Below, piece by piece: positions 1 to 13,419 of a DNA stretch of 64,000 bases; the stretch's first letter is position 1; every line of letters starts with the position of its first letter. The notes beneath the pieces were generated by a model. It was not told where the DNA came from and did no database searches. It was given only the letters and a program-made list of their open reading frames with translations. Source of the DNA: Haliotis rufescens (taxonomy: Eukaryota); assembly GCF_023055435.1 (NCBI RefSeq), contig NW_025964372.1, forward strand, positions 6,758,001 through 6,822,000. The letters are read 5' to 3'. The position numbers and the translations under genes are program-made.

Positions 1-24
1 CTCATCTTCTTGCTAATTGTCACG

Positions 25-415
25 TGAGTCTTTTGCTATCTCACACCTTGATGTAACCAGGCCCTTGCTATTACAGACCTTGTTGTAGCCAGTCCCTTGC
101 TATATCAGACCTTGATATAACCAGTCCCTTGCTATTACAGACCTTGATATAACCAGTCCCTTGCTATAACAGACCTTGTTGTAACCAGTCCCTTGCTATC
201 TCAGACCTTGTTGTAACCAGTCCCTTGCTATTACAGACCTTGTTGTAACCAGTCCCTTGCTATTACAGACCTTGTTGTAACCAGTCCCTTGCTTTTACAG
301 ACCTTGTTGTAACCAGTCCCTTGCTTTTACAGACCTTGTTGTAACCAGTTTCTTGTAATCTCAGATTTTGTAACAAGACTTTCTCTCCCAGACTTGCTCA
401 GATCTTGTTATAGCT
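25..415. repeat. 32-bp minisatellite (GTAACCAGTCCCTTGCTATTACAGACCTTGTT)n
   Basis: Units start at 181, 213 and 245; about 11 copies with degenerate edges. Confidence 0.9.
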
Positions 416-579
416 AGCTACTTTCTCTGTCAGACTACTGCATGTGACATGGCCCTAGATACTAAGAACAATGCTTGCAAATTATTGAACCGATTCTCTA
501 TTAGGAAATACATGAAATATGTCCTACTAATAGAAATGTGGTTGAGGTCAGTTTTACATACAGACTTTCTTGTTTGCAG

Positions 580-744
580 GAGATGTGTTGATGATGGATG
601 ATTTGGGATACATGTATTTCCGCGACCGAACAGGAGACACGTTCAGATGGAAAGGAGAGAATGTGTCCACGTCAGAAGTAGAAGGCACCATCAGCAACGT
701 CCTTAAACTGCAGGACGCCGTCGCTTACGGTGTGGAAGTCCCAG
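580..744 (+). CDS. SLC27A4: Long-chain fatty acid transport protein (FATP/SLC27A1/4-like), internal exon
   Basis: Acceptor ttgcag|GA and donor CCAG|gtactg, phase 1-1. Encodes [35 protein letters not shown], the FATP/VLACS signature. The paralogue number is not resolvable. Confidence 0.95.
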
Positions 745-1237
745 GTACTGTCCTTGCCGGATCAGGTATACTCCTTGTCAGTTGATGAAACAGAGGTGGA
801 AATCATATTTCAATTCTGGTGACTCTGCCATGATGTATCTGGAATGGTGCAGGAAAAAGTGCTTATTGTAGACGAAAACCTTACTCATCTCACTCCAATA
901 CTTTTGTATTACCTTGGGTTTCAGTCTTGACATGATTGAGTTATATCTTTACACTGCCATTACTAACGAGTGAAGGAGTCCAGACCAGGCACACCAGTGA
1001 CTGAAACTATGAACAACAATCCACCTCATCGGTCACGCTGAGACAAATAGGGTACACAAAGTACGTGATCTGGACTACTAGTTGTCAGACTTCCAAGTCT
1101 TGGTGGCTGAGTGGGTTGGGTCACTGGCGATTAGGTGCCTTACTCTGAGGGTGTGGGTTCCAACCCAGGAAGAGACTCCACCGAAAAGGATTAGAATTTG
1201 TATTTTACTAAGAAAGTGCAATCCCAAATATAACATA

Positions 1238-2238
1238 CCGTATATCGCTGTGTATAAGGCGACCCCACGTATAAGACGACCCCCCTGTACACGCCTTAAA
1301 AATCAACCCAAAATCCTATACTCCGTGTATAAGGCGACCTGGAATGAAACACAGCACAAGTCTGACTGATATACCGGTAGAAGATTTAACGTGCTCTTGC
1401 CGACTGTAGCGTATTTCGCACACGGACATCACAAATTAGTTAGTTAGTTACTTTGGAGATTTAATGTGCGCTTTCCGACTGATGCGTATTTTGCTCACAT
1501 CACAAGTGCGCACACAAACCTTATATATGCAATAAAAATATGTTTATCTAGCGTTGTTTTTTTTCTACAATGATAGGTCGCGTGTGTAACTCCGGCACAC
1601 GTCGCCATTTTGTGTTTACACGGTACGACACCAAATTGGTGCCCGTAAAATAAAATTCATTTATGAAGTAATAACATATAAGAGACAATGGTGAGTAATT
1701 TAATCGCCAATTAACTATGTTGTAACTAACTAGGCTTATGTTTGCTTCACATTCAGCGTGTTTATTCCACAATCACTTGTACACACCGTCTCCAACACTT
1801 GTTAATACAACTGTACAAACAGCGGGAATTGATTTCAGCTTCACCGGTTATCACATGTTAGGTCACATGTGCAATATGCAAATGATTACCGGTACTTCCG
1901 GCTCTCTACTCACGGATGTTGATTGTTTTACCGTGTCAGGTGGTTTGACAATCTGCATCGAGGAGAGGGTCATTTCAACTTTTTTTGCAGAAATTATTAA
2001 ACTTTATTCGAGGAAAAGAGATACAAATCATGTTTATGTATGGAAATAGTTATTGGAACAGTTATTTAGGACGAAATGCGAAGTTTTATTGTCAAATGCT
2101 GGGCTGGCTATCGGACGCCGGTTGACATCGCCAGTGGAAAAAAATGTGAGATCTTCGACTCCGTGTATAAGACGACCCCCCTTCTTAGCCCCCTCATTTT
2201 AGGTACGAAAAACCCGCCTTATACACAGCGATATACGG
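1238..2238. mobile_element. Non-autonomous Tc1/mariner-pogo-type element (MITE) in FATP intron
   Basis: Perfect ~24-bp TIR CCGTATATCGCTGTGTATAAGGCG, TA on both sides, and internal repeats of the GTATAAGACGACCCC motif. Confidence 0.9.
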
Positions 2239-2396
2239 TATGATACATATGACCCCTTTCTAAAAGACATTGTCTATTCATATCTTTGTTGTAGCTGTTG
2301 AGACAAAAATTAACAAACCCTGAGTATTATCACTGCTGACTCTCTCCATGATGTGCCATGGGTGACAACCTGGTATCTGTGAGTTGTGTTGTGTAG

Positions 2397-2543
2397 GGTA
2401 CGAAGGTCGTGCTGGAATGGCTGCCATTGTGGATGAGACGAACTCCATCAACCTGGCTGACCTGAACCAGGCCCTGCAGCGGTCCCTGCCCCCATACGCC
2501 CGGCCGGTCTTCATCCGACTGACCAAGGAGGTGGACACTACAG
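2397..2543 (+). CDS. SLC27A4: FATP/SLC27A penultimate exon
   Basis: Acceptor gtgtag|GG and donor ACAG|gtaggc, phase 1-1. Encodes GYEGRAGMAAIVD...LPPYARPVFIRLTKEVDTT, typical of FATP. Confidence 0.95.
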
Positions 2544-2780
2544 GTAGGCCCCCCACTGAAGTAACAACACTGATGGCCAAGGGGCTTTGTATTAGGGGGG
2601 GTATATCAGCGGGGACGGAACTGGCACCAGCCCGCTAGCCAGAGGGCTTCAGTCAGCTTGTCTGATGTTGATCCTGAGGATGGAGGGGAGCAGGGAGCTT
2701 ACAGACATGTAATCACTGTTTTAGGTTTATACTGTAGCATTGTAATATTGTTAATACAGCAATATTCCATCTATAGTTGG

Positions 2781-4340
2781 GCTAGGATCAGGAGTACAAG
2801 GCTAAGATCAGAAGTACTGGACTAAGATCAGGACTACAGGGCTAAGATCAGAAGTACTGGGCTGAGATCAGAAGTACTGGGCTAAGATCAGGACTACAGG
2901 GCTAAGATCAGAAGTACTGGGCTGGGATCAGGACTACAGGGCTAAGATCAGGAGTACTGGGCTAAGATCAGGAGTACTGGGCAGAGATCAGGACTACAGG
3001 GCTAAGATCAAAAGTACTGGACTAAGATCAGGACTACAGGGCTAAGATCAGAAGTACTGGACTGAGATCAGGAGTACTGGGCTAAGATCAGGACTACAGG
3101 GCTAAGATCAGAAGTACTGGACTGAGATCAGGACTACAGGGCTAAGATCAGAAGTACTGGGCTGAGATCAGGACTACAGGGATAAGATCAGGACTACAGG
3201 GCTAAGATCAGGACTACAGGGCTAAGATCAGAAGTACTGGGCTAAGATCAGGACTACAGGGCTAAGATCAGGACTACAGGGCTAAGATCAGAAGTACTGG
3301 GCTGAGATCAGGACTACAGGGCTAAGATCAGGACTACAGGGCAAAGATCAGAAGTACTGAACAGAGATCAGGAGTACTGGGCTAAGATCAGAAGTACAGG
3401 GCTAAGATCAGGACTACAGGGCTAAGATCAGAAGTACTGGACTGAGATCAGGACTACAGGGCTAAGATCAGGACTACAGGGCTAAGATCAGAAGTACTGA
3501 ACAGAGATCAGGAGTACTGGGCTAAGATCAGGAGTACTGGGCTGAGATCAGGAGTACTGGGCTGAGATCAGAAGTACTGGGCTGAGATCAGGACTACAGG
3601 GCTAAGATCAGGACTACAGGGCTAAGATCAGGACTACAGGGCTAAGATCAGAAGTACTGGGCTGAGATCAGGACTACAGGGCTAAGATCAGGACTACAGG
3701 GCTAAGATCAGAAGTACTGAACAGAGATCAGGAGTACTGGGCTAAGATCAGGAGTACTGGGCTAAGATCAGGACTACAGGGCTAAGATCAGAAGTACTGG
3801 ACTGAGATCAGGACTACAGGGCTAAGATCAGGACTACAGGGCTAAGATCAGAAGTACTGAACAGAGATCAGGAGTACTGGGCTAAGATCAGGAGTACTGG
3901 GCTAAGATCAGGACTACAGGGCTAAGATCAGAAGTACTGAACAGAGATCAGGAGTACTGGGCTAAGATCAGGACTACAGGGCTAAGATCAGAAGTACTGA
4001 ACAGAGATCAGGAGTACTGGGCTAAGATCAGGAGTACTGGGCTAAGATCAGGACTACAGGGCTAAGATCAGAAGTACTGGGCTAAGATCAGGACTACAGG
4101 GCTAAGATCAGAAGTACTGGGCTAAGATCAGGACTACAGGGCTAAGATCAGAAGTACTGGGCTGAGATCAGGACTACAGGGCTAAGATCAGGACTACAGG
4201 GCTAAGATCAGAAGTACTGAACAGAGATCAGGAGTACTGGGCTAAGATCAGAAGTACAGGGCTAAGATCAGGACTACAGGGATCAGAAGTACTGGGCTAA
4301 GATCAGAAGTAGCTGTACTGGGCTAAGATCAGATCAGGAC
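2781..4340. repeat. 20-bp minisatellite (GCTAAGATCAGGACTACAGG / GCTAAGATCAGAAGTACTGG)
   Basis: About 77 tandem units in register in the last FATP intron. Confidence 0.97.
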
Positions 4341-4462
4341 TTGGCATATGTGTACATTTCACCAAAGTTGCGAACAATCTAAGTGACCTTGGGCTTTCCT
4401 TTGTTGCCATGATTCAGTACAAGACATACAAATACATGTACAGTAACTATCTCTACGTTCAG

Positions 4463-4620
4463 GCACCTTCAAGCTGAAGAAGACAGATCTGAGGAAGGAA
4501 GGGTACGACCCTAACGGTGTGAAGGACAGACTGTATTACATGAATGCCAAAGCTGGGATGTTTCAGCCCATTACTCAACAAGTCTACAAAGACATCTGTG
4601 ATACAAAGATCCGATTCTGA
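4463..4620 (+). CDS. SLC27A4: FATP/SLC27A last coding exon
   Basis: Acceptor ttcag|GC. Encodes GTFKLKKTDLRKEGYDPNGVKDRLYYMNAKAGMFQPITQQVYKDICDTKIRF* with TGA at 4618-4620. Missed by the ORF track. Confidence 0.93.
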
Positions 4621-6505
4621 GCTGTACCTCCGAGTGTTTGGTTTGTGTGAAACGTCGGACTCTCACCACAACGTTCCAAGTGCATTAATATTCAACCCCT
4701 CTTCAAGTTTGTACTGTGCCCCAAATGAAGTATATTTTATAAACAAACTGTTCTCCAATAACTGTGGATATAGACTATATGAGAGCCTAATAATCATTCT
4801 GTTGTTGGTTCTCCATAGGTTTTATTCTGTAGTAATTATGGTGTCTATGGTATAGATAGGAGTAGTTTTATATGTTTTGTTATGAGTACCGTAATATTTT
4901 TCATATTCAAGACTAAAGAGTGAAATATCATAACTTATGTCTTGTTATGAGAATTTGTTGACGTGTAGGTTTTAGTCTGCAAAGGACAGGTTATGATGTT
5001 CAACTGTTCGACGACTTGTCTATTCTCATTTTTGGACAGCCAGGGTGATGGAGTGTGTAAGTGTTACCAACACGGGTGATTTTCCAACTTCAAGATATAT
5101 CTAACTATGAGCAAGTCTGTGACCCAAGGGGAATTGTTTACCCTATATTTGTCTACGTCTAAGTACATTATCTTTGGTCAAATTATTGTTTAATTTCAAA
5201 TACAAATGATTCTTGAAAACCTCTTTTTGACTCTTCTTATTCTCACATACACAAGTAGTATTGTAAGTCAAAAACAAGAAAGTGTTGACAGTAAGAATGT
5301 CTGGTTACCATTCACAGCACACCCCTGATAAGATTTGCTCCTTTTTTAACTATGAACATACTGGAAGTAAAACACTCCCTTATCAGACCTTGTCCTTTAT
5401 TTGAATCTTGTTTGCATGTTTTGGCAATTTCTCGTAATCGTTGAGTTCTCTTATCCTGTTCAGTCTACCTCCATTTTATGACTTAGTACTGGTAGATTTA
5501 AGAAGTGAGAAAACACATCATGTAGTCTATCAGGCCTAAGATGTATATACAGCCTGTATCAAAATCATTAATAGGGAGCAGCAGAGAGACAGTTATCACA
5601 GCTACCATTCCAACAAGTTATTTGTAACAATATCATCAACAATTTTATTAAATACAGGCACTTGGTTAAAGTGTGATAGATTTATTTGGTTTTTCAATGC
5701 AAATATAAGGTAAACTTGTTTCTGAATATTGCCTTGCAAATATGGAGAACAAGGTAGTGTAAATAGAGTATTCATCATGAGTGGTTTTAAATATGGAAAA
5801 TATCAAGAGAGTCTTAGTCGGTATTTGCCGAGCCTGTGGTGAGTTTAATTAATTAACGATGTTTTGTTGTTAGGCATGTACTGTTTTTGCCAGCATTTAG
5901 ATCAAATGTTTTCAGGAAAATGGCATGTTTTCTCAGGGTTTTGGTACTCAGTGGAACTAATGTTGTGATGCAGCTGTTTGTTCCGTCATGTTGAGATACT
6001 GTATTTGAAATGTATTGTAAGTCTGGTGTTCATGTAAGTTCTACTGTGTTTTCTCTATGTGCTTTCAACATTTAGACCAAATCACCATGTCATTTGTTAA
6101 TTTTTTAAAAGTTAAAAGTGTGTCTGTTGAATTTGCTGTCTTAAAAATAAGCTTTAAGATGTTTTAATAAGGATGCGCATACAACCATTGTGATATTTCC
6201 ATAGCTTTTCACCTTGTATGCCTGGAGTTTACAGAGGGTAGAAGTTTCATTGACATTTGTGGGATCAGAACATTTCAGTGACAAATGTTTTTTGTAATGG
6301 TAATATGTTATACTCGTATGTGCCATGTTACTTTTTGAACTTGACCAGGAACAAAGTTAATCCAGTTATTTCAGTCAATATGGTTTATAGAGACATTTAT
6401 GGAACACCGTTCGGAAAATATCCAGTTTCTCTGGTTTATGTATACATGGATATAATACCTTATTATTCAATAACCAATGACAGAATAATCGGCATAATCA
6501 TACAA

Positions 6506-6915
6506 TTATTGTACCCCGACCTTAAAGGGCGGGGGATATATAGTTATACTAAGGAATTTCTTCAGTCTGTCCTTTGCGTGACCTACAACTTAAAAACTAC
6601 TACATTGTACATTGATTTTTTCAAACTTGAACACTTTTTATACCTTTTGGAGATGTGCAGTGCAAAGTTTGATAGTGATACGTGTATTTTCTGAAAACGT
6701 GTGTATTTCTTGTTGTGAACTTAGAACATATTTTTTATTTCAACATTTGTGCTACCAATGACTTGAAAACTACTCCATGGATTCTTTTCCAATTGAGGGA
6801 ACACTTTCTATACCAAAAGTTTGATTTCGAAAAGTGTATTTTTCTGAAAAAATATTGTTTTGAACTTAGAAATATGTTGGAGTCGAGGTTGGGGGTATAA
6901 GTGAGCCTCCTGCCT
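6506..6915 (+). mobile_element. Probable Helentron-associated non-autonomous element (HINE/DINE-like), degenerate
   Basis: 5' TTGTACCCCG...GGGGGATAT hairpin, GTCTGTCC, internal tandem units and a 3' GGGGGTAT. Confidence 0.45.
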
Positions 6916-9214
6916 TGTTATATATGAAGATAGTCCTGGCCCATGGTCTGAATATGTTACGGGATTGTATACCATATGTTTCTCCATTAGCGACATGTCA
7001 TGTTTTCACCCCGGGCTGATATGGCTCGTCAATGCATTAGGCTAAAAAAAATAATAGTCTTAGTTGTCAGGCACTGCCCACATCGTCACACAGTTACTTC
7101 CCTTTACATGCACACTGCTTTACTGCGCATCTCGTGTTGTGGTCATGGCGGCAATAGGACTTTGTATGCCTGTTAATATAGGGAGGCCCTTTCCCAGGCT
7201 GATGGTACACAACTGTTTATTTTGGAACATACCGGTACTAGTTCGAGCAAGCAAAAAAAACAACAAAAAAAACACCGCCCGCCCCCACTCTAATTTCAAA
7301 AGTCATTGCCTGAGAACCAATTCTTTTATTTATTTAAGCCTTATGAATGGGCAATCAACATTAGCCCGGGTGCTAGGAAATCATAGTTGCGTCACTTTGT
7401 GCATTTTCTGCTTGGTTGATATGGGATAATAGTATTTGACATAAACATTTATTTCATGGAATTCTTGTGCAGCAGTACTTCCAATTTCGGTTACATTTGG
7501 GGCTCCGCATTCTATCCATTTCTGTCACATTTTTTTCTCTCACGCTTTGATCAAATTCCTTTTATACCACAACACACTGTGTTGGTTCACTGTAAGGTAT
7601 CTCAATGTTTTCTGATACTTTCTAGTATTTCTTGCATTTACATGGTTCAAAAGTTGGATAGAACACTCTTCCTCGGTTTTGGTTGAAAATGTAAAACTAA
7701 CAATCTCTAAATATTGAAGCAGCATGCAGAGTAGACGGGTCTGTTGCATGCTGCATGACAAATAATGCAGATGTAACTAGCTTTCAAGCATTATGCAGAA
7801 TTATGAAAATATTTAACAGTTAATTTCACACCATACCTTCATGTGCGGTCATAGCTGAGGTTGACAATTACACATCCTCAAATCAAACGATGTGGGTTCA
7901 AACTCTGCTGGCAACACATGTTTTGGGAATAAAATTGAAATTATTCACTCGTCAATAAATGTAAAAAATAAAAAAGACACAGTTTATGGATAACAACTTC
8001 TTTAATACTGTAAAGTCGACGGTTCAGTATAGATCCTATTACCTTTGTCAAGCAAGACAGTCTAATCATGATAATTGTTCAAATCTCATCGTGTACATTT
8101 CATTCATGCCAAAAGAAATCCTGTTTATCTCATTACCTTTTATTTTGGTGAACGGACAGGACCACTCTATCATATTTAATACATAAATCACAGTCGTGTT
8201 TGACTTTCTGATGTATATATAAATAATGGACACATGGATATATTGTTATCAAAGTGACAGCCTTCAGCTGACAGAATGACTTTCTACCACATTGACATGA
8301 CGATCCCCTCCAGAACCTTCAGGTGATGTGTTACATGTATTAACAACATGATCAGGAAATCAGAGGGTTTAATCCACTTTGAATACATTAAGCTGCTACC
8401 ATGGTTACACTTGAGGAATTTAAGAGAGTTACAATATTTCATTTTTGTCAATTGATGCAATAGTTGCATCACTGTATTGCACCCCTGGGTGCCGTTGTAC
8501 AAAACAACCTTAGCGGTGCAACTTTTTTAAGTCAATGTTAAGATGTGGGTTGCGATCACCTTAGTTATAAAATCGCTTAGCACAACAGTACCCAGGTCTT
8601 AGGATATACTCAATCAACACTCAATATAATAATAATAATAATATCAGGTGGTCAGACTCCGTGACTTAGTTTATTGGGTGTCAATGTACCCCAAGGGCAT
8701 GGATCCTCTTAATAGCAGTCACTGGATTCTCTCCTCCAGACTGGAGTATTTACAGACCACCATCATACCCAGGGACGAGAGTCTGCCACTGATCCGTGAT
8801 TTTCCTTGAATTTTTGGGAAAACAAATTTGTTAAAATCTGATGGCTTCCCCCATACACACCCTTAAATTATGGACCACGCTCCATTGCAAAGATGTTTCA
8901 GCTGGAAATGAAAATAGCCATTCTCTTCCCTGTATAGCTGGAATATTGCTGAGTGCAGTCTCAAACAACAAACACATTGATGATAACTTTTGCATCTTCA
9001 CCAAGTGTACACAGTATGTATAAGCATGTTGTTTGATTTGGGTTGGTTTTGAGTTATTATTTTGCTCACCCTCAAGACAGAGGTGATGTTTATGGTGTGA
9101 AAATGTGCCAGTATGTTGTGTGACTGTATTTATTCAGAAATGATGAATTTATAATCTCTATCAGATGTAGTTCTGTACATTTGTAAATAGAAGGAAATCT
9201 ATCATTTGCTATGT

Positions 9215-9220
9215 AATAAA
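9215..9220 (+). terminator. Candidate polyadenylation signal of the FATP gene
   Basis: AATAAA preceded by several TGTA elements and followed by a GT/T-rich tract (ggggtgtttctt). Another AATAAA lies near 7954. Confidence 0.45.
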
Positions 9221-9317
9221 TCTGTCTTTATATCTGGGGTGTTTCTTATATCTTTATAACACGTTAAATCTGGAACGTTTTGCACCATTAAATTATTGCG
9301 AGTGGGTAACAACATCC

Positions 9318-9553
9318 TACGGAGGCCTTTTAGGGCAATTTGTTTTTTTCTTGTAATTTCTAGATACTAAGTTGAAATTCCAAGGTACTAAGTTGAAATT
9401 TCAAGATACTAAAAGAAATTTCAAGATACTAACAGAAATTTCAAGATACTAAGTTGAAATTTCAAGATCCTTATGTTGAAATTTCAACTAGTATCTTGAA
9501 ATTTCAATAAAAAAATATGAAAATACCCCAAATGGCCCTAAAAGGCTTCTGTC
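9318..9553. mobile_element. MITE with TAYGG-type termini and internal 21-bp tandem repeats
   Basis: TIR TACGGAGGCCTTTTAGGGCAATTTG / CAAATGGCCCTAAAAGGCTTCTGTC. Flanks acatcc/atatcc suggest a 6-bp TSD. Confidence 0.7.
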
Positions 9554-10397
9554 ATATCCTTAACTGCATGTGGAAAGTTTTGTGACTCCTTGGAAATGAT
9601 ATTGCCAAAGATGAAAGTTGCTTTTTTATTTTTTGTGAGTAGGAAGCAGTGGGATGAAAAGTTAGCTCAGTTTCAGTGTGTGTGTTTTAACTACAGATGG
9701 ATGTGTTGTAGGTGAAAAGTAAGGTTGGAGTAGCTGTTTAACTGACAGATAGTTTCTATAATAACTCAGTGTTATGTAAGGACACTGAGGTGATGTCGAA
9801 GGTAAGGGAACTTTCCTGATTAAACTATTGTCACAATGGGTAATAAGGGAACCAGTCTGTTTCAAGGGCTCTTACATCCACCCACAAAGTACTCCGTGTA
9901 AGAATATTATTGTAGAATATTATTGGACTGTTTATACCCCCAAGTTACGAAACCATTTACCATCAACCACACCAGCATATTTCGACTGTTAATGCCGTTT
10001 GTTACTAATTAGTAACAGGAAACAAGCATGAGTCCAACTTTTTATCCGTGGTAGCCTCACAAACTGTTGAGAGTTTAACGCAGATCCTCACTCTTGGAGG
10101 TTTTCTATGTAATTTACATTCGGACATGGTTTTCAACGTTACCAAATACGACAAACATCAAAAAGAAGAATTAGCTACAGTATACACTTATATCTTTGTA
10201 TATGGCTGTTATTCCCCTATATATCTTATCCTTTCTTCGTCTTTACCTCTTTGTATGATAGTATTACGTCTGAAAATATTCTCGGGTCTGACGTCCAACC
10301 CTTCGGTCACATATGACCGTAATTCGTAATTCTTAGTTGGACCTTTTAGCATTTCATCTCCATTCATGGAGCCATTTGTACACAATGTTCCCCACCC

Positions 10398-10884
10398 CTT
10401 CTTCCCGAGGCAAGGGAGTTAGGCTGGAATTCCCGAGTTTGGGCTGGACTAACATATCTATGCAGTCCAAACAAAATCGTGTAACTAAATCAACATCTGG
10501 CTCGTAAACTGCTGTGCAGATTTCGACCGATTGGAGGATTTGCAAAGCATATGTACCGTCAACTTGGCACCAACAGACTGATATTATCCAAATCTTTTCA
10601 TGTTTTGGTCAAGATACTCAAGTGATTTGATTCACTTCGCGAAGTAAGACCCGTTATATCACAATATAGAATTTGATTATCGATCAGATCGTCTTGATTC
10701 GCACCACCATTTTGTCTGAAGCAAATGCAAGTTATATGAGAGGTGGAATCTGATTGGTCAATAGGAGGGGCATAACTCATATCATAACCAATGGGAGCTA
10801 CCATCGAGTCCAGAAATTCCAGCCTAATTCGGCATGGGTGGAAACCGGACTTTTACTGTCAGTGAACTTTGCCTCGGGAAGATG
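10398..10884. mobile_element. Non-autonomous DNA element family with CATCTTCCCGAGGCAAG TIRs
   Basis: TIRs at both ends. The body matches copies at 60852-61337, 61956-62287 and 16380-16710. Confidence 0.8.
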
Positions 10885-11341
10885 GTTACTGTACACAGGT
10901 GCAGGCCTTTGGGTGACACATCTGTTAACGCTGAAATTCTTTCAAGATAAACAATGCCTCTGAAGACTCTGGATGCCCCTTTAAAGTAGGACTATTGTGT
11001 GTAAAGTTAATACAGGATTTGCCTAACATTTGTGTTTTATAAAGAAGATATTCAGCCGTCAAGAACATATTGTCTAGGTCATGACAGATCCGGATGTAAA
11101 CATGCCAAACCTGAACGGATGTACTTCCGACTTTGGTTTGGCTGTACTCCATGATCAGCATCCGGGTGACATCGTCGTTGTATTCCTCGTCGCGAGGACT
11201 TGAGGTATTCATTTCCGACGATGGCTGTTTGTGACTTCTTTGGATTTCTCATATTAGTGTTTACGCGCCCTCTGCGCCCTCTTGCTTATTCTGACCCCAT
11301 GAAGACTCTGTCCTTCTGCATACACGTTTATGTTGGGTCAG

Positions 11342-11603
11342 ATTTGTTTGTTTGTTTTTTGTTTAACGCCGCACTCAGCAATATTCCAGCTATATGACGG
11401 CGGTCTGTAAATAATCGAGCCTGGAACAGACAATCCAGTGATTGAGATCATGAGCATCGATCCACGCAATTGTGATACGATGACATGCATCAACCAAGTC
11501 AGCGAGCCTGACCCCGTTCGTCGCCTCTTATGACAAGCATAGTCGTCTTTTACAGCAAGCATGGGTTGCTGAAGACCTATTCTACCCCGGGTCTTTACGG
11601 GTC
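11342..11603 (-). mobile_element. Family A short retroposon (GACCCG head, (AAAC)n tail), inserted in GPCR pseudogene
   Basis: Full-length copy. TSD TGTTGGGTCA at 11331-11340 and 11604-11613. Confidence 0.9.
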
Positions 11604-12043
11604 TGTTGGGTCAAACGACATTCCACTTTGCATTGGGTGTGTCAGACGTTACATAACAATTGGCTGGCCATGGAAGTACATAAACAAATATAATCACACC
11701 TCCGGGGTTCATCGGAACCGTTGCGTTTACAGTTCTCTGAGGCGTTTGTCTTACGAGAGTGATCACCTCGACTGGAACCCACACGGAGTATGTTCAAAAT
11801 CTAGCCATGTCTCTATCCGCCTTTAAGAATGGTATACCTGGAACAGGGACTGGGTGTTCGGTGTTTTTGTGCTCCCGTGGAGTACGTTTGGAATTGTCGT
11901 GTTTTATTCCTGAAGTATCATTGCCAAAGTTTATCGTCGCCTACCGGAGTCTCTCGGTACAGAGTTTGTCCAAATCCTGACTTGTATTGATATCCTCCGA
12001 TGGCACTGTTGCCTCCTGGTGACTTCTGCGGATCTTGTGTGTC

Positions 12044-12206
12044 TTAAGGCCGCACTCAGCAATAGTCCAGCTATATGACATGCATCAAACAAGTCAGCGA
12101 GTCTGACCACCCGACCCCTTTATAGTCGCCTCTTACGACAAGCAGTCACCATTTGGGACAAGCACGAGTTGCTGAAGAGCTATTCTAACCCGGATCTTCA
12201 CGGGTC
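12044..12206 (-). mobile_element. Family A retroposon, internally deleted
   Basis: Head and tail match the family consensus. Confidence 0.85.
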
Positions 12207-12725
12207 AACCTTGCGATGGGCAAGAACATACATCAGTGGTTTGTTCACATTTGTTGTTGTGGTGTTTACTTACAGTAATCATGTGTTAATTTATACTGCC
12301 CCCTACCGGCCGTTTCGTGAAGCTATGACCTCTCCTCTGCCACGCCTACTACGGATGGAACCGCAGGACGGAGATGTTAAATGATTTTCCAGTGTCAGAT
12401 TTAACGTCTCACGGTGACGTCCAATTTTCTTCCCGTTTGACGTCATTTCTTGAGTCGATGTACGTGAACATCGAGATGGTGTGCGGACCACCCGGTCCAT
12501 TGAGCCACCTCACACGGCGAGCATAGCTTGCCGGGGACCTTTTCTAACCACGAATGACCACGGGGAGACAGATAGGTGGATGTTAAGATCATCGAGGGAT
12601 TGTAAGCCATTTAACGAGGGTGTCCGGCACATGAATGTTTCGATTAACTAAGAATAGTGAGTGAATCGAGTGAGTTCACGTTGTTGAACCTTTAGCCAGC
12701 AATGTTCAAGCTGTAAAACGTTTGG

Positions 12726-12966
12726 TCCCAGTGAGGATCCGTGTTACACTGGTTTGCAGCAGCCCATGTTTGTTGTAAGAGGCGACCAACGGGATGGGGT
12801 GGTTAGGCTCCCTAACTGGGTTGATGCATGTCATCGTATCCTGATTGCGTAGATCGATGCTCATGATGTTAATAACCGAATTGTCTATCCAGACTCAATT
12901 ATTTACAGACTGCCTTCACAAAGCTGGAATATTGCTGAGTGCGGCGTTAAACAACAAACATAACAA
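12726..12966 (+). mobile_element. Family A retroposon, diverged
   Basis: Similar to the consensus, including the GCTGGAATATTGCTGAGTGCGGCGTTAAAC tail. Confidence 0.85.
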
Positions 12967-13419
12967 TTTTTGCGTCATGTTAGAGATTTTACGAACGCTT
13001 TAGTAACAATAAAGAATGTGGTAAAACGAAGCAATAATCTTGTTATATCACGACGACCTGTATGTAGTTGACTGGGCCAGGCAAACCAGCGGTTGATATT
13101 ATGAGCACCTATCAACCAAGCCAACGAGACTAACCACCCGATCCGTCTTAGTCACCTTGAACGACAAGTATAACGTTCCCGGGACTGGTGGGGACCAATT
13201 CTATCCCGGAAAACCCCCACGTAGTGAAAAAGAATAAGGAGTATTTGTTTCAAAGTTGCTTTATCAAAACTAAGCTGACGTTCCCCTGTTCTTTTTTTTT
13301 TATTAATATAAGCATGACCATTCATTTGTGCGAATTTAGCAACTACGGGAAGCGCTCGTTAAATCTCCAACAATCATTCAGTCAGAGAAATATCCATTTT
13401 GCTTGGGACTATCATCAAT

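Larger units (their letters stand above)
11081..12384 (+). pseudogene. Intronless class A (rhodopsin-like) GPCR pseudogene interrupted by two retroposon copies
   Basis: Motifs occur in order across frameshifts: TM1 (SMISI-PG(D)IVVVFLVAR), TM2 (TMAVCDFFG), TM3 C...DRY (gac-gt-tac, 1 nt deleted) then ITIGWPWKY, TM4 with TGA at the conserved Trp (11738), ECL2 Cys, TM5 (CFIP..FIVAY), TM7/helix 8 (YSNH.VLIYTAPYRPFREAM). Confidence 0.75.

Noticed and set aside
4609-4620. Peroxisomal PTS1 on FATP
   Set aside because: The C-terminus IRF does not fit the [SAC][KRH][LM] consensus.
6257-6694. 145-aa ORF downstream of FATP
   Set aside because: Non-ATG start, AT-rich, overlaps a repeat remnant, and has no recognisable domain.
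10925-11212. 95-aa - strand ORF
   Set aside because: No recognisable domain; it is antisense to the GPCR pseudogene start.
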